A stretch of DNA of 64,000 bases from the IMG/VR virus record IMGVR_UViG_3300031525_000004; one strand, 5' to 3'. The notes below the pieces were generated by a model. The model had not been told where the DNA came from. It was given only the letters and a program-made list of their open reading frames with translations, and did no database searches. Of the stretch, positions 51,972 to 59,660 are shown in pieces. Within the stretch, counting starts at the first letter, position 1; each line of letters starts with the position of its first letter. The stretch comes from a virus. The translations under genes and the position numbers were made by a program.

Positions 51972-52793
51972 CTAGCGGCAATCAATCATCCGTTCGATCA
52001 GTGCGGGAATGGTGGCCTGAATAGCGAGCACCGTAGGGGCAAGCTTTTTCTCAGCGGCGTCCCGAGCGGCGGCCCGAGCGGCCCGAGCGGCCCAAGCGGC
52101 GTCCCCAGCGGCGGCCCGAGCGGCCCCAGCGGCGTCCCCAGCGGCGGCCCGAGCGGCCCAAGCGGCGTCCCGAGCGGCGGCCCGAGCGGCCCAAGCGGCG
52201 TCCCGAGCGGCCCAAGCGGCGTCCCCAGCGTCCCAAGCGGCGTCCCGAGCGGCCCAAGCGGCGTCCCGAGCGGCCCAAGCGGCGTCCCGAGCGGCGGCCC
52301 GAGCGGCCCAAGCGGCGGCCCGAGCGGCCCAAGCGGCGTCCCGAGCGGCGGCCCGAGCGGCGGCCGAATCCTTACGAGCAGCATCTAACGGAGCCATGAT
52401 CGACGGGATTTGAGCCAACGCGGTTATTTCGGGAAACCCGGCCAGCGCGTCAGCGTGAGCGGTTAGTCCGGCCAGGCGCAGCCATGCGGGGGTATGGACG
52501 CGGATAAGCCAGTCTGTAGCCATGATTGCGCGGCGGCTCTCAACTTCGGGCGTTGATGCCGTGCCAACCAACCGCGGGATGAAAGGCTTGAGTGTTTGGC
52601 GTACTTCGTCGCTCACCGAATCATTGTACGAGCGCAAAAACGCGGAAATGACGGGCGAGGCGCAGGCCGGATGATCGCTCCAGGGTTCGCCTGCGACGTA
52701 GGCAACGGCTTCCATGATGCATGCGCCGTCCTCAAATTTGGAGTGAGCGCCCTTTTTGAGTTGAAGTGTTTCGAGGTCGAGGGTAGGTGACAT
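51972..52793 (-). CDS. Protein with conserved N-domain and long (D/A)AA(W/R/G) tandem-repeat C-terminal region
   Basis: Start moved to MSPTLDLETLQLKKGAH. The N-domain has GACIMEAVAYVAGEPWSDHPAC. The C-terminal half is ARDAAWAARAAAW... repeats. Confidence 0.65.
   Translation of the reverse strand: MSPTLDLETLQLKKGAHSKFEDGACIMEAVAYVAGEPWSDHPACASPVISAFLRSYNDSVSDEVRQTLKPFIPRLVGTASTPEVESRRAIMATDWLIRVHTPAWLRLAGLTAHADALAGFPEITALAQIPSIMAPLDAARKDSAAARAAARDAAWAARAAAWAARAAARDAAWAARDAAWAARDAAWDAGDAAWAARDAAWAARAAARDAAWAARAAAGDAAGAARAAAGDAAWAARAARAAARDAAEKKLAPTVLAIQATIPALIERMIDCR
52053..52365. repeat. Coding tandem repeat of irregular 9- and 12-nt units (AGCGGC[GTC/GGC]CC[G/A/C])
   Basis: Visible directly. 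All frames on both strands stay open here, which explains track ORFs 51864..52388, 51998..52384 and 52051..52332. Confidence 0.9.
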
Positions 52794-52852
52794 GGGATTA
52801 TTCCTTTCGGTTGGTGGCCGGAAGCGCCGGCGCGGTCTATACGTGGACCTGA

Positions 52853-53089
52853 TTAGTCGGCATACGATCCGATAATGTCGCAGCCGTCGGGCGATACGCC
52901 AGGGTCTAGGATCATGACGGCGCACTCGCCTAAAGTTGTCTCCTCGGCGTTGAGGTAGCGGTCAGCCTCCTCCGGTGGGAGCCGATCTTTGCAGGCGCGT
53001 TTGCGGGCTGCGGCGCGGAATTCGGCCTCGTCGTGGATGCAAATCTCGATTGAAACGGCGGTGATGATGCTGTTGTCTGAGTGGCTCAT
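52853..53089 (-). CDS. Hypothetical protein
   Basis: Start at MSHSDNS after GAAAGGAAAGGA. Confidence 0.5.
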   Translation of the reverse strand: MSHSDNSIITAVSIEICIHDEAEFRAAARKRACKDRLPPEEADRYLNAEETTLGECAVMILDPGVSPDGCDIIGSYAD

Positions 53090-53166
53090 AAAATCCTTTC
53101 CTTTCAACGCGTCCGACTTGGAACGGACTGCCAGCGCGTTACGCGGCTGGTTGGCCGCGTCCTCCG

Positions 53167-53343
53167 CTATGCCTTGTAGTAGGCGTTTACGCCAACAGTG
53201 ATGCGCTTGCCGTCGATCATTGCATCTGTGACCATATTGCCGCGGCTGGATGCGACAACCATAGTTGCGCCGCTCTTGCTGCGTTCGGGCGTCTGCATGG
53301 GGATGGTGATAACGAGGTTTCCGTCTTTTATTTCGGCTTTCAT
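53167..53343 (-). CDS. Small protein (58 aa; below ORF-track cutoff)
   Basis: Own translation: MKAEIKDGNLVITIPMQTPERSKSGATMVVASSRGNMVTDAMIDGKRITVGVNAYYKA. AAGGGGA lies upstream. Confidence 0.5.
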   Translation of the reverse strand: MKAEIKDGNLVITIPMQTPERSKSGATMVVASSRGNMVTDAMIDGKRITVGVNAYYKA

Positions 53344-53396
53344 CTGAGAATTCCCCTTCTGTGCGGTTAGTGGTGCGTTGACGGTTGAGCGCGGCT

Positions 53397-53630
53397 CTAG
53401 TGCTTGCAGCTCAGGATCACAGGGTTAACGGCGTCGCCCTGGCTCGCAACCTGAATCGCCTTTTCCTCGCAGACTAGCGCGCGGTCGGAGCCGAACAGGA
53501 ACACGCGAAAATCCCCGTTGGCGTCGGCCTGGTAGACGATCTTGATTGAGCCCTTGCGGGCGGTAGTGGCGTCGGAGGCCGCGAAGGTGAGCACGAGGAG
53601 CGCGGCGGCGAAGATGAGTTTCTGTTTCAT
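53397..53630 (-). CDS. Secreted small protein
   Basis: Signal peptide MKQKLIFAAALLVLTFAASDA. GGAAAGGAAAGCC RBS motif upstream. Confidence 0.6.
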   Translation of the reverse strand: MKQKLIFAAALLVLTFAASDATTARKGSIKIVYQADANGDFRVFLFGSDRALVCEEKAIQVASQGDAVNPVILSCKH

Positions 53631-53694
53631 GGCTGGCTTTCCTTTCCTTTAAGCGCGATACGCTCGCGCCGGGCGGTTGTGGGTGAATGGCTGG

Positions 53695-55764
53695 CTACCC
53701 GTTGCAGATTAGCAGCAAGGCGACGTTAACGCCGGTGCCCTGCTCTTTGAACGTTCCGGCTGGCAAGTCTTCCCACCATCCGCCGGAGTTCTCAGCCATC
53801 GGCTTTAGAATCTCCCGCTGGCGTGGACCATTGGCACAGAGCGCGACCAAGCGGCCACCGTCGGCAAGGAATCCGGCGGCGTGCTTGATGTGCTTTATAT
53901 CTGAGCCGTTCTCAAAAGGCGGATTCATAACGATGCGGTCAAACTTGCCGAGGTTGCCGTTCTGTTCCAGGAAATCGCCGGGTGTTACTCGATCACCGCC
54001 AAGGCAATCATGGAAGGCTAAACGGTGGGCCAACGTCGGATTGATTTCAACGGCTGTGATAGCAGACCGGCCTGCGTTGCCTGACAGCATGGCTCGGCGG
54101 ATCGCGTCCACAATTGCCCCGGTGCCTGCGCTCGGTTCGAGTACCTCCTGGCCGTCTTGTATGTCGGCTTCGCCTACCATGCGGTCGGCAAGCTCGGCAG
54201 GCGTCGGGAAGAGTTGAGGCGCGGAGACAACGCGAACGCCGGTCTTGAGCGCATTCTCTAGCGCCTTGAATGGCGCTGCGGCTGCGTCCTGCTCGGCTCT
54301 GGCCGCGTTCTGCGCCTGCAGCCGCTCGGTTCTTGCCGTCAATTCTTCCAGGTCCGTTTGAGGTTGGAACAGATGCGCATTTGTTGCCGGTGGCGCGATG
54401 AGTTCTTTTTGTGGCGGATCTTTGCGCTTGGCGTCGGCGATGAAAACGCCGTAATAGCTATGACGGCGATTCCATTGCTTTGTTTGATCTTCCGGCGCGG
54501 TCGGCTGCGGCAGTTGCAGGTAAACACCGATAGCGTGCCGGATGCGGTGCGCGCCTGCGGTCTCGGTCTCCTTAACAACCTTGCTGCCCCGGAAGTCGCT
54601 CGGAATCTTCTTCCATTCGGCCTCGGTGCAACTCGCGAAGCCTTCGCCGGAATAGTTGCACATGGGCGGAATTTTCAGAGCTGCGGCTACTTCTGCGGCG
54701 CGCTCGTCGGTCGGCGCTTGGTAATCCTTGATTTCCTCAATCCCGCAAACCTTGCAATATCGCCGGCTGGTGGTAACGCTGATTTGTTTACCGTCCTTCT
54801 TGTTGACCTTGAGAATCGTTACCCATTCCTGCCCGATCAGGACGCGGCCGCCAACCTTCAGATCGTGTTTTTCGGCGATCAACCCGCCGCCCTCGTCGAG
54901 CATAGCGCGTTCGTAGGCGATCCGGTTTTCATAGTGGGTAATCCAGCGCTGCAGGATGGGTATATGCCTCTCTAGGCGAGGCAGCGCTAAATCCCGCGCC
55001 TGCTCCGGTGTAATGATGCCGGTGTCCATCGTATCTCCCAGCGCGGACCACAAATCCATTTCGCCCTCGTATTTGCTCGCGCCTTCGACTCGTGGGTATT
55101 TGTCGAGCGGAAAGCAGAAAGAGGCGTGATGATAATTTGTGATGCGTTTGCAGTATGCCCAGGTCAGCGGTTCAAATTTCCATTGCTTGATTTGTTCGCG
55201 GACTTCCAGCAGTGTTTTGTCCGACTTGCGATAATCAGCCTCGATTCCCTTGATGCGGCGCGCTCGAACGTCTGGCCGTTCCTTGTACTTGGCATTGCGG
55301 AGAGCTCCGGCGGCGCGATAGGTCCAATATTCGGAAGCCTTCCAGCAGTCAACGGCCTTTCTCATACCGTTCTGGATTCGCTCCGCGTCTTTGCGTGCGT
55401 GCTTCTCGGAGTGATGTCCGACGAGAATAGGCTGGCCTAGCGGGATTCCATCGCAGATGCGTGACACTTGATCGTGGGCGCGGCTGGCCTCGGCTGCTTT
55501 CCGCTCGCTCAGATTCTCCAGCCGTTCGGCTTTCGCCTCGGCGCGGTCTACTAAGCTGGTGTCTTCGTCGCCGATCTCGCCGCACATCTCCAGGAGGAAA
55601 TCCTCACGCGACGGCGACCAGGCGGGAGCAACAAACAATTCTTGCTTTGGTGCCCAGATGAAACCGTTGGCCTTAACGCGGTCGTATTCGTCTTTCGGCA
55701 GACGGTACGCCGGATAAAGCCTCAGCTTGTTGTCTTCGGGTGAATAGGTTGCGCTGTGTTCCAT
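53695..55764 (-). CDS. DUF3560-like N-domain fused to N6-adenine-type DNA methyltransferase
   Basis: N-terminal GQPILVGHHSEKHARKD (DUF3560 signature, from memory). C-terminal VLEPSAGTGAI (motif I) and IVMNPPF (motif IV). Confidence 0.8.
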   Translation of the reverse strand: MEHSATYSPEDNKLRLYPAYRLPKDEYDRVKANGFIWAPKQELFVAPAWSPSREDFLLEMCGEIGDEDTSLVDRAEAKAERLENLSERKAAEASRAHDQVSRICDGIPLGQPILVGHHSEKHARKDAERIQNGMRKAVDCWKASEYWTYRAAGALRNAKYKERPDVRARRIKGIEADYRKSDKTLLEVREQIKQWKFEPLTWAYCKRITNYHHASFCFPLDKYPRVEGASKYEGEMDLWSALGDTMDTGIITPEQARDLALPRLERHIPILQRWITHYENRIAYERAMLDEGGGLIAEKHDLKVGGRVLIGQEWVTILKVNKKDGKQISVTTSRRYCKVCGIEEIKDYQAPTDERAAEVAAALKIPPMCNYSGEGFASCTEAEWKKIPSDFRGSKVVKETETAGAHRIRHAIGVYLQLPQPTAPEDQTKQWNRRHSYYGVFIADAKRKDPPQKELIAPPATNAHLFQPQTDLEELTARTERLQAQNAARAEQDAAAAPFKALENALKTGVRVVSAPQLFPTPAELADRMVGEADIQDGQEVLEPSAGTGAIVDAIRRAMLSGNAGRSAITAVEINPTLAHRLAFHDCLGGDRVTPGDFLEQNGNLGKFDRIVMNPPFENGSDIKHIKHAAGFLADGGRLVALCANGPRQREILKPMAENSGGWWEDLPAGTFKEQGTGVNVALLLICNG

Positions 55765-55828
55765 TTCTCTTTAATCTCCTGACGCTGGTTGCGTCTGTTA
55801 GATTCTTGTTAGATTCGGCTCCGATAGC

Positions 55829-55999
55829 CTAAACGTGGCGTCCTTCGTTGACGAGCGAAACAACCTTGACGAGGTTGCGCGCCCACTTGGGACGGCTGCG
55901 GAGGTCATCTGCGTAGCTTTCGGCCTCGCCTTTATCGCGAGTCTTGAGCATGATGGCCGCCGTTTTCCCGTCCAGCATTTCAATCCAGACTTCATACAT
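55829..55999 (-). CDS. Small hypothetical protein
   Basis: Start at MYEVWIEML after AAGGAGC. Confidence 0.5.
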   Translation of the reverse strand: MYEVWIEMLDGKTAAIMLKTRDKGEAESYADDLRSRPKWARNLVKVVSLVNEGRHV

Positions 56000-56092
56000 G
56001 GTGTGTGCTCCTTGCCCCGTTTCGATCTTGGAACGGTAAAGACTCCGCGATCTCATCGGCCCCGGCTCTACCGGAGGACGGGCAGCGCCCGG

Positions 56093-56284
56093 TTATGCGC
56101 GGCGGCGAATGTGGATGGTGCTGGGCGTCGCCCGCCATACGCTGTAGCTGCGGTTGGGTAGTTCGGCCTCCAGCGCCAGCACAAAGTCCATGACGCTGTA
56201 GCTGTAGTTCTCGGCGATGGCGAGTTCGCCCACCGCCATCGTGCGGACCTTGGTGTAGAGCTGAACGTAGTCAGAGAGTCGCAT
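56093..56284 (-). CDS. Small hypothetical protein
   Basis: GGAGGAACC directly upstream of the ATG. 63 aa. Confidence 0.55.
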   Translation of the reverse strand: MRLSDYVQLYTKVRTMAVGELAIAENYSYSVMDFVLALEAELPNRSYSVWRATPSTIHIRRRA

Positions 56285-56342
56285 GGTTCCTCCGGCGTGT
56301 TAGGCCGACGCGTGAGCGCCGGGGGTTACGGGCAGCGCCCGG

Positions 56343-56780
56343 TTAGGATTCCCGGTCCCGTTTAACTCCCTCGCACGGATCGGAGCTGCAAACGCTCTCC
56401 TCGCGTCCGCATCCTTGGCAGTGGTAAACCGTGGCAATGGTTTCGTCTTCAAAAAATCCAAGATAAATCCCGGCTACTTTAGCGATCAGCTCGTCGGCCA
56501 GATCGCCGATCCAGTCGCAATGGCCCGCCCACTCTGTAGGATCGTCGCCTTTGGCGCAAGCATCGCAATTGCACTCACAAGAGCCGTTGCCGGTACGGTA
56601 GATGCTCGTCAGAGTACCGTCGTAGCGATGCAGCCAAGTGCTATCGCTAGGCTGGTAATCCCAAAACACCTCCCCGCCGGATGTAACGTATAGCGTCTCG
56701 ATGCCTTGCTCGTGTTGCTTGATGGATGCAGCGGACACTTGCTCGTTTACTGCTGTCTCGACTTGTTCGCGTATCGTCAT
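56343..56780 (-). CDS. Cys-rich hypothetical protein
   Basis: Start at MTIREQV after GGAGATAACGCA. Contains CECNCDAC and CQGCG. Confidence 0.55.
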   Translation of the reverse strand: MTIREQVETAVNEQVSAASIKQHEQGIETLYVTSGGEVFWDYQPSDSTWLHRYDGTLTSIYRTGNGSCECNCDACAKGDDPTEWAGHCDWIGDLADELIAKVAGIYLGFFEDETIATVYHCQGCGREESVCSSDPCEGVKRDRES

Positions 56781-56827
56781 TGCGTTATCTCCGGCTGGTG
56801 GTTCCAGCCCGTTATGTTGCGGTGAAA

Positions 56828-56908
56828 CTACTTGACCCGGTTCCAAGCAAGGCGAAGCGCCAGAGCCAGAAACGCGAAGCCGACAGCGTAAAACAGAGAA
56901 ATCTGCAT
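56828..56908 (-). CDS. Single-TM peptide (26 aa; below ORF-track cutoff)
   Basis: Own translation: MQISLFYAVGFAFLALALRLAWNRVK. GGAAGGAAAGGAAAGGA lies upstream. Confidence 0.4.
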   Translation of the reverse strand: MQISLFYAVGFAFLALALRLAWNRVK

Positions 56909-56936
56909 GGGAGTCCTTTCCTTTCCTTCCACCAGC

Positions 56937-57149
56937 CTAAAACAGCGTCAACTGCGCAATCGGATCGTAAGCCGGAGCGTTAACCTTGCTCTCGTCGACC
57001 GGCAAATCAAACAAAACCGGCTGGTTCTCCGGCATCTCAACACGCTCGCAATCCAGACACAACGGGCGAAACGTTGCCTCACCCGGGTTGAATGCCGTAT
57101 ACGCAACCTCGCGCCGACGCCCACACCGCGCACAGGACGGGCGGCTCAT
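56937..57149 (-). CDS. Zn-ribbon small protein ending in QLTLF (clamp-binding-like motif)
   Basis: Start at MSRPSCARCG forms an ATGA overlap with the upstream gene. CARCG...CLDC. The C-terminal pentapeptide QLTLF was verified codon by codon at 56940-56954. Confidence 0.55.
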   Translation of the reverse strand: MSRPSCARCGRRREVAYTAFNPGEATFRPLCLDCERVEMPENQPVLFDLPVDESKVNAPAYDPIAQLTLF

Positions 57150-57325
57150 AGCATCCACCGTTGCGCCAGCGAGCAACCCGCCGGTATCGCCCCACAATAA
57201 ACATTCCACGTCATACGCGCCGAGCGCCCGTAGACGCCACGCGAATCGTAAAGGTAGGAGAATGCACCATGCGTCAAGCCGGAGCGGACGTAGGCTATCA
57301 GCGTCGCTTGCGTCAGCGGCTCCAT
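57146..57325 (-). CDS. Small hypothetical protein
   Basis: Start at MEPLTQATL overlaps the upstream stop by 1 nt. Confidence 0.45.
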   Translation of the reverse strand: MEPLTQATLIAYVRSGLTHGAFSYLYDSRGVYGRSARMTWNVYCGAIPAGCSLAQRWML

Positions 57326-57756
57326 TACTGCACCTCTCCAGACGAAGCTACAACCCGGCCAGACTGCCACACTTCCCAGCCAATATTGCGTAGCCGGTCA
57401 AACGCCGCCGCGCCTCGCGCCTCTTCCAGCGTCTCAAATGTGCCGTGGGCCGTGCCATCGTCGGCCAGAAGCAGGAACGGCGTAAGCAACTCGCCGACGC
57501 GATTGCACGTCTCGCACTCGCCCTCATCGTAGCTACCACACGCGCACACTGCCACGTCCGCCGCCGCCTTATCCGCGCAATACCGGCAATTGCCTGCTTC
57601 GTGCTCGTCGTGAGTCTCGCAGATCACGCCAACGTGCACCGGGCCATACTCCGCCACCCAATCCGTAGCGTCCTGGAATGCCTGAGCTTGCGCCGAGGTC
57701 TCAAACGTCTCACCCTCTACGCCCTCGCCGACTTGATTAAAGATGCTGTATCTCAT
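57325..57756 (-). CDS. Acidic Cys-rich protein, first gene of the leftward block
   Basis: Start at MRYSIFNQ after GGAGAAGGAAAGCG. Contains CRYC and CETC. Confidence 0.6.
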   Translation of the reverse strand: MRYSIFNQVGEGVEGETFETSAQAQAFQDATDWVAEYGPVHVGVICETHDEHEAGNCRYCADKAAADVAVCACGSYDEGECETCNRVGELLTPFLLLADDGTAHGTFETLEEARGAAAFDRLRNIGWEVWQSGRVVASSGEVQ

Positions 57757-57784
57757 CGCTTTCCTTCTCCCGCCGCTGGTTGCG

Positions 57785-58006
57785 GCCTGCAAGCGTTATC
57801 CGCCTACAGTTGCCATTTCTACGCTACTATTCACGTCGCGTCAAGAAGAAAATTTGTGTGGACATATAGACACACCGCGCAACTAAGAGAATCGACCTGC
57901 AACTCATTGATTCCATTGACGAACACCCCATCGAACACCTTGCCAGCTAGGAATTACCAATTAGTCAATAGGCAGAAGCCGTGTTTCGCGCTGTACGCTT
58001 GCAGAC
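57785..58006. promoter_or_regulatory. Two oppositely oriented operator-like motifs flanking an AT-richer stretch
   Basis: CTGCAAGCGT at 57787-57796 and ACGCTTGCAGAC at 57995-58006, upstream of the leftward block start. Confidence 0.4.
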
Positions 58007-58569
58007 GGCCGAATAGTGCGCAGGTTGACCGGCTGGAATCGCAGCTTAGACCGACCCATTCGTACCTGGTAGTAGCAGGATCAGGCAGCTTTGGCCCTCT
58101 GTTGCTGCGGCTGCGGCAGGTTGGCGAGGATAGGCGCAGCCAGTCTCCCGGCAATGCCCGGCGGCGCGGCTCTCATCGGCTCGACCTGCACCGCGTTGGC
58201 GCTACTGTTCCCGGCATTGTTCCCAGATTGGCTGCGCTGCTGGTGTTTTAGCGCAACCTTTGTGTATGGCCACAACACAATGATTAACGATTTTAGTATC
58301 AAGCCTAATGTAATCATAGATATACGATACGGTCCTCCGGGAACAATGCGTATCGGCATCGACGCCGGACGCAGCCCCCATTTTCGGCGGTCGGACCCCT
58401 AGACTGACGATGCATCCCCGGACGACTTGCCCCGCCGCGCGCCGGACTCCGATCCGCCCCGAGCGCGCGCAAGGGTACCCCCTCGACCTCGCGCCGTCGC
58501 TCCGCGACCAACCATTCCCACATAAATTTTCCGCAGCCTCGTTGCCCTGTTCTGTTGTCCCAAAAAATC

Positions 58570-58598
58570 TTGTGACGTTTTCACAAAACGCTTGATTT
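58570..58598 (+). promoter_or_regulatory. Palindrome TTGTGAC-GTT-TTCACAA with candidate promoter for the rightward block
   Basis: Inverted repeat at 58570-58586. TTGTGA, 17 nt, then TGATTT (58593-58598). The first ORF codon (TTG 58605) follows 6 nt later. Confidence 0.3.
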
Positions 58599-58604
58599 GG
58601 GAAA

Positions 58605-58895
58605 TTGGAACGTGCTATTGTCTCGGTTATGGAAATGAAGTTGCGAGGCTGGTTTGCGAGGTTCCGGTGGCCGAGGTGGGGAATGCTGTCGTATCGTGAT
58701 GACGATAAGCTTCCGTATGCAGCGGAAGAAATTGGCTACAGGGTCGTCAAGTGTCTGGAGCGTGGATCGACTCGTATCGTGGTGACGCATAGGTATGGGC
58801 GGTACAGATTAGACGCGGACCAGCCTCTGCCAAACCGAATTCCGTTCTGGATTGGACTGTCGCACTGGTGGTTTCGTGTGAGGAATGGCGAATGA
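58605..58895 (+). CDS. Hypothetical protein
   Basis: 96-aa ORF. Start uncertain (TTG 58605 or ATG 58629). Confidence 0.45.
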   Translation: MERAIVSVMEMKLRGWFARFRWPRWGMLSYRDDDKLPYAAEEIGYRVVKCLERGSTRIVVTHRYGRYRLDADQPLPNRIPFWIGLSHWWFRVRNGE

Positions 58896-59257
58896 GAGTA
58901 TCGCGGGATTGCTGGCAATGCGAACTCGAAGGATGCGGCCACGTCTGGATTGCGGCGGGCGAGGAACCGCCGGAGCAGTGCGCGCGGTGCAAGAAGCGGA
59001 AGTGGCATACTGAGGGCCGGTTTGAGTTGGCGCCGGGGGCAATTGCGCCGCAGAGGGAATTGCGAACAGACGCAGTTGCGACGACTGGCGGCAAGGTGAC
59101 GATCTCGACGGATGTACCGCGGCCTAACTTTGCGGACCTGGCGCGGACGGTACCTGGGATTAAAGTGGCTATCCAGTTGGATCGGCCGGCGCATGACGTG
59201 GCGGGATGTAGGATTTACGGATGCGGGATGTGTGCTGTGCTTAAAGGTGGAAAGTGA
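58892..59257 (+). CDS. Zn-ribbon protein
   Basis: ATGA overlap. CWQCELEGCGH...CARCKKRKW. Confidence 0.55.
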   Translation: MRVSRDCWQCELEGCGHVWIAAGEEPPEQCARCKKRKWHTEGRFELAPGAIAPQRELRTDAVATTGGKVTISTDVPRPNFADLARTVPGIKVAIQLDRPAHDVAGCRIYGCGMCAVLKGGK

Positions 59258-59403
59258 TGCGTCGGCTAAATGTGTACTGGTGCTCTGCGACTGTTCCGTT
59301 TAGGAACAATTATATTGGGGTGAATCCGGATGACTTTGATAAATTGCTGATGGCCTCGTTTGCGGAAAATTCCAGAAATATAGCGAAAGGTGGCTCGAAG
59401 TGA
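59257..59403 (+). CDS. Small protein (48 aa; below ORF-track cutoff)
   Basis: Own translation: MRRLNVYWCSATVPFRNNYIGVNPDDFDKLLMASFAENSRNIAKGGSK. It shares the GTGATGCGTCG start context with the next ORF. Confidence 0.4.
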   Translation: MRRLNVYWCSATVPFRNNYIGVNPDDFDKLLMASFAENSRNIAKGGSK

Positions 59404-59546
59404 TGCGTCGATTCCAATCCTGGCTATGGCGTGTACTTCGGGTTCAGGTTCCGTGCGAGGTTTGCTCTGGGCGTGGCCGGTTGCCGATTTGGGATGAATG
59501 CGGTCAGATTGCCTGTCCGGTGTGCCAAGGAGAGGGGCGGCGATGA
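59403..59546 (+). CDS. DnaJ-type zinc-finger peptide (47 aa; below ORF-track cutoff)
   Basis: Own translation: MRRFQSWLWRVLRVQVPCEVCSGRGRLPIWDECGQIACPVCQGEGRR. Two CxxCxGxG motifs. Ends at TGA 59544-59546, after which the same frame stays open. Confidence 0.45.
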   Translation: MRRFQSWLWRVLRVQVPCEVCSGRGRLPIWDECGQIACPVCQGEGRR

Positions 59547-59660
59547 TTCACTGGTGGTGGGTATCGGAATCGGTCGGGCCGGTGGTGCTGCGAGTACCGG
59601 TCGCATGTGCGAACGTTTGATACTTGGCGGCAAGCGATTGAGGAGGCGTTAAGGCGATGA
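59543..59660 (+). pseudogene. Disrupted or recoded paralog of 9162..9393
   Basis: ATG 59543 gives MIHWWWVSESVGPVV (compare LWWWGSQLTGAKPVV), with a stop at 59618. The +1 frame, which is the frame of 59403, gives CEYRSHVRTFDTWRQAIEEALRR (compare CEYRSHVKSFDTWHEAIGEALKR). That frame ends in an ATGA overlap with 59657. Confidence 0.45.

Noticed and set aside
52053-52365. Possible CRISPR array suggested by the dense short repeats
   Set aside because: The units are 9-12 nt and contiguous, with no unique spacers. The stretch lies inside a long ORF and translates to a regular Ala/Trp/Arg repeat. It is a coding tandem repeat.
51864-52388. Track ORFs 51864..52388 (+), 51998..52384 (-) and 52051..52332 (-)
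   Set aside because: All frames stay open over the tandem repeat. Only the frame continuous with the conserved N-domain (51972..52793, minus strand) is credible.
57445-58251. 268-aa plus-strand ORF spanning the control region
   Set aside because: Its first third is antisense to the well-supported gene 57325..57756. The rest is Arg/Leu/Ser-rich with no RBS and no coupling.
58081-58359. Minus-strand ORF (MITLGLILKSLIIVLWPY...) as a small membrane or immunity gene in the control region
   Set aside because: It has a hydrophobic N-terminus, but there is no RBS at a sensible distance and the C-terminal two-thirds is low-complexity. It is mentioned only as a possibility in the control-region finding.
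58570-58586. CRP-like site TGTGA-N-TCACA
   Set aside because: The spacer is 5 nt rather than the 6 nt of CRP sites. It is kept only as a generic palindrome/operator candidate.
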